64,000 nucleotides of DNA from Lachnospiraceae bacterium (GTDB taxonomy: Bacteria > Bacillota > Clostridia > Lachnospirales > Lachnospiraceae). Below, piece by piece: positions 61,701 through 64,000 of this stretch. Each line of letters opens with the position of its first letter. The stretch's first letter is position 1. Location of the stretch: positions 14,954 through 78,953 of the forward strand of contig JAFZOW010000129.1 in NCBI GenBank assembly GCA_017552715.1. The letters are read 5' to 3'. The translations under genes and the position numbers were made by a program. Below the pieces are notes generated by a model. That model ran no database searches and had not been told where the DNA came from. It saw nothing but the letters and a program-made list of their open reading frames with translations.

Positions 61701-63467
61701 ATGATTAAGAAGATCTTTCTGGTACTGGAACCGAAGCAGAGACTGCAGCTCGTCGGGATCGTAGTGCTCATTTTCATCAATTCGCTGCTGGAGCTTTTGG
61801 GCGTTTCGGCGGTGCTGCCCCTGATCAAGGCCGTGACCGATCCGGCGAGCATCCAGAGCAGCAGTATCACCCGCTTTCTCTGGGAGCTGGCGGAGAGTTT
61901 CTTCGGGGAATGTAACGAAGCCCACTTCATCGCCTGGCTTTCCATACTCCTGGCTCTGGTCTATGTGATCAAGAACATATATATCATATGGATGAATTCC
62001 GTTTTTTACCGCTTTACCACCCGCAGCCAGAAGGATCTGGCCCTGCGGCTCATGCGCTGTTATGTGCGTCAGCCCTATGCCTTCCATGTGGAGCATAATA
62101 TGGCCGAACTGCAGCGCAACGTGGGCACGGATATCAACAACTTCTTTCTCTGCCTTCTGAATCTGCTCCAGCTCAGCGTGGAAGTAGTGATCTGCGTGAT
62201 GCTGGTAGTCTTTCTGGCCATCACCGATCTTAAGACCACCCTGCTGATCTCGGGCCTGATGGTGATCCTGCTCTTTCTGCTGCTGGTACTCTTCCGCAAA
62301 CGTCTGCGGAAACTGGGAGAAGCCAACCGCGGCTACTGCGCCAAACGTACCAGAAGCTTCCTGCAGACCTTCCTGGGCATCAAGGAGATCAAAGCCGCCG
62401 GCAAGGAGGATCATTTCCTGAAAAGCTACAGCGCTGCCTACGAAGGCTATGCCGCGGTAGCCTGCGAACAGAGCATCTTAAACAGTCTTACCAAGCCCGC
62501 GGTGGAAATGTGCTGCATCAGCGGCATACTGATCTACATGGCGCTGCGCATACTCTCCGGTGAGGATGTAACGAATTTTGTCCCTGTACTTTCCGTATTC
62601 GCGGTGGCTGCCTTCCGTATGATGCCGTCCTTTAACCGCATCAGCTCCCATATGAACAACGTGCTCTTCAACCGCCCTTCGGTAGGCGCCGTCTATGAGG
62701 ATATGGAGCGCCTGAACGGACTGGAGGAAAACCTGAAGGAGGAAGAGGATGCGGACGGCGGAGTAAGCCTCGGCAAAGAACTGCGGGTGGAAAAAGTTTC
62801 TTTCCGTTACCCTTCCCGGCCGGAGAACGAGATCCTCTCGCAGGTCTCCTTTACTCTTCCGGCCAACAGCTCCCTGGCTCTGGTGGGGCCTTCCGGTGCC
62901 GGCAAAACGACCCTGGCGGATATCATCCTGGGGATATACGCTCCCGAAAATGGGCAGGTCCTGGCAGACGGCAGGGATGTTCACCGCAACTTAAAGAGCT
63001 GGCACGGTATCATCTCCTACATCCCCCAGAGCATCTACCTGATGGACGACAGCATACGCGCCAACGTGGCCTTCGGCCTGGACGCAGAGGATATCGATGA
63101 CAAACGTGTGTGGGAAGTGCTGGAAGAAGCCCAGCTGGCGGATTTTGTACGGGAACAGCCCGAAGGTATAAACAGCCGCATAGGGGATCAGGGTGTAAAG
63201 CTCTCCGGCGGACAGAGACAGCGTATCGGTATCGCCCGGGCCCTCTATCCCGATCCGAAGCTGCTGATCCTGGACGAAGCCACCTCCGCCCTGGACAGTG
63301 ATACGGAAAAGGCCGTGATGGATGCCATCTATCATCTTTCCGGCCGCATCACCATGATCATCATCGCCCACCGCATCACCACCATCAAAAACTGCGACCA
63401 TATCTACCGCATCAAAGACGGTGCTGCGGAAGAGATCAGCTACGAAGAAGCTTCGGCCGAGCCCTGA
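61701..63467 (+). CDS. ABC exporter, fused permease/ATPase (MsbA-like type I exporter)
   Basis: 6-TM N-terminal domain, Walker A GPSGAGKTT, signature LSGGQRQR, Walker B LILDEATSALD. 588 aa. Confidence 0.92.
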   Translation: MIKKIFLVLEPKQRLQLVGIVVLIFINSLLELLGVSAVLPLIKAVTDPASIQSSSITRFLWELAESFFGECNEAHFIAWLSILLALVYVIKNIYIIWMNSVFYRFTTRSQKDLALRLMRCYVRQPYAFHVEHNMAELQRNVGTDINNFFLCLLNLLQLSVEVVICVMLVVFLAITDLKTTLLISGLMVILLFLLLVLFRKRLRKLGEANRGYCAKRTRSFLQTFLGIKEIKAAGKEDHFLKSYSAAYEGYAAVACEQSILNSLTKPAVEMCCISGILIYMALRILSGEDVTNFVPVLSVFAVAAFRMMPSFNRISSHMNNVLFNRPSVGAVYEDMERLNGLEENLKEEEDADGGVSLGKELRVEKVSFRYPSRPENEILSQVSFTLPANSSLALVGPSGAGKTTLADIILGIYAPENGQVLADGRDVHRNLKSWHGIISYIPQSIYLMDDSIRANVAFGLDAEDIDDKRVWEVLEEAQLADFVREQPEGINSRIGDQGVKLSGGQRQRIGIARALYPDPKLLILDEATSALDSDTEKAVMDAIYHLSGRITMIIIAHRITTIKNCDHIYRIKDGAAEEISYEEASAEP

Positions 63468-63496
63468 GTTCTCCTTATATCCGGCGAAAGCATAAG

Positions 63497-63525
63497 AAAA
63501 GCGCGGTCAGCTCCCGCGCTTTTTA
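63497..63525 (+). terminator. rho-independent terminator of the ABC exporter gene
   Basis: AAAAGCGCGG-tcagctc-CCGCGCTTTTT. The loop contains the stop codon of the convergent gene. Confidence 0.75.
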
Positions 63526-64000
63526 TATTTCCTGTAGGCCGCGGCCGTCTTTCGCATTTCCTTCGGTGAGATGAGCTTATAGCGGTCTCCCGGGTTCAGA
63601 AGCAGCTCCTCTGCATTCAGTTTGTATTTATCGGGAAGCTGCTCATCGAAATACTTTTCGTCTTTCTCCATTTCCTTTATGGTATCATAGGCCTTTTCGT
63701 ATTCCGCAGCCCTTATGGCATATTTGATCCGCTTGAAGATGCCGATCTTCTCGGTATAAAAGCCATCCTGAAAGAGCCTGTCATATTCCTCGTCCCGCCG
63801 TACTTCCTTTGGATAGCGTATGGGCAGGGAAAGCTCCTTCACCGTCACTCCCGACACCTGCTCCACCTTTTCGGCACTGTCGTCGGGATGCTCCGCATTC
63901 CTGTCTCCCATGCCTATGTTACGGAGCAGATTGTACTTCGGCACGATCCCCAGCTTGTCATTGGCCCACATCATATAATTCCACTGATATCCCCAGGTGC
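63507..64000 (-). CDS. C-terminal part of a glycosyltransferase-like (HlpA-like GT-A) protein; the 5' end is outside the window
   Basis: The reverse frame stays open to the right edge (...TWGYQWNYMMWANDKLGIVPKYNLLRNIG...). The WxYQW...P..NL..NIG pattern recalls nucleotide-diphospho-sugar transferases. The functional call is weak. Confidence 0.5.
   Translation of the reverse strand, partial: TWGYQWNYMMWANDKLGIVPKYNLLRNIGMGDRNAEHPDDSAEKVEQVSGVTVKELSLPIRYPKEVRRDEEYDRLFQDGFYTEKIGIFKRIKYAIRAAEYEKAYDTIKEMEKDEKYFDEQLPDKYKLNAEELLLNPGDRYKLISPKEMRKTAAAYRKYKKRGS

Noticed and set aside
61638-62414. 258-aa minus-strand ORF overlapping the 5' half of the ABC exporter gene.
   Set aside because: It is antisense to a gene with clear TM and ABC motifs, its translation is H/Q/G-rich with no motif, and it has no RBS.
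1-64000. I looked for phage-defence, toxin-antitoxin, prophage, integrase or conjugation genes next to the two tRNAs and in the AT-rich island.
   Set aside because: No ORF shows nuclease, methylase, integrase, recombinase, toxin or phage structural motifs. The window reads as core and accessory metabolism plus envelope functions.

Overview
This is a 64-kb chromosomal window from a moderately GC-rich Firmicute. Gene content looks like a gut Clostridia, Lachnospiraceae-like organism, but that is an inference and no search was run. I support about 48 protein genes, 2 tRNAs and 1 ribozyme. All but three of the genes lie on the minus strand. No transposase, integrase, CRISPR array or recognisable defence or prophage genes were seen.

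Gene blocks in window order (left to right):
- **1-6 kb:** a signalling and unfoldase block. It holds a partial membrane sensor, tRNA-Leu, a Cache-HAMP-GGDEF cyclase, and two overlapping ClpX-like AAA+ genes that lack the zinc finger.
- **6-18.6 kb:** a xylo/arabino-oligosaccharide locus. It holds a large solute-binding lipoprotein, a YesN/YesM-type two-component system, GH3, a FucI-family isomerase, a carboxylesterase-GH43 fusion and xylB.
- **18.7-21.6 kb:** a 959-aa repeat-rich surface protein.
- **21.6-23 kb:** a 1.35-kb gene-free stretch, made of an AT-rich motif island followed by a long polypurine tract.
- **23-25.8 kb:** htrA-clpX.
- **26-31.9 kb:** an amino-sugar operon, nagB / LbH acetyltransferase / glmM / GT2 / glmS. 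It is headed by a glmS ribozyme that sits in front of nagB, not in front of glmS.
- **32-40 kb:** a polysaccharide cluster. It holds a priming phosphotransferase, three GT2 genes, a phosphohexomutase and an SGNH hydrolase.
- **40-49 kb:** a sugar ABC transporter controlled by a binding-protein/kinase/AraC-regulator sensor.
- **49-51 kb:** a GGDEF gene and a GAF gene.
- **51-55 kb:** a CUT1-type ABC uptake locus with a GntR regulator.
- **55-59 kb:** PAP2 phosphatase, GH9, DUF436 and tRNA-Lys. These are interleaved with unusual structured repeats.
- **59-64 kb:** xpaC-like/telA, an ABC exporter and a partial glycosyltransferase-like gene.

Most interesting observations:
- The ClpX-paralogue pair has altered pore loops but keeps the IGF loops.
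- The glmS ribozyme is displaced to the head of the operon.
- A ~127-nt structured repeat family shows compensatory stem changes between its two copies.
- A 334-bp segment bounded by perfect 18-bp inverted repeats sits directly upstream of the PAP2 gene.
- The AT-rich TNACATAA motif island and the ~460-nt polypurine tract lie side by side.

All calls rest on reading the sequence and ORF translations by eye. No database search or folding program was run.
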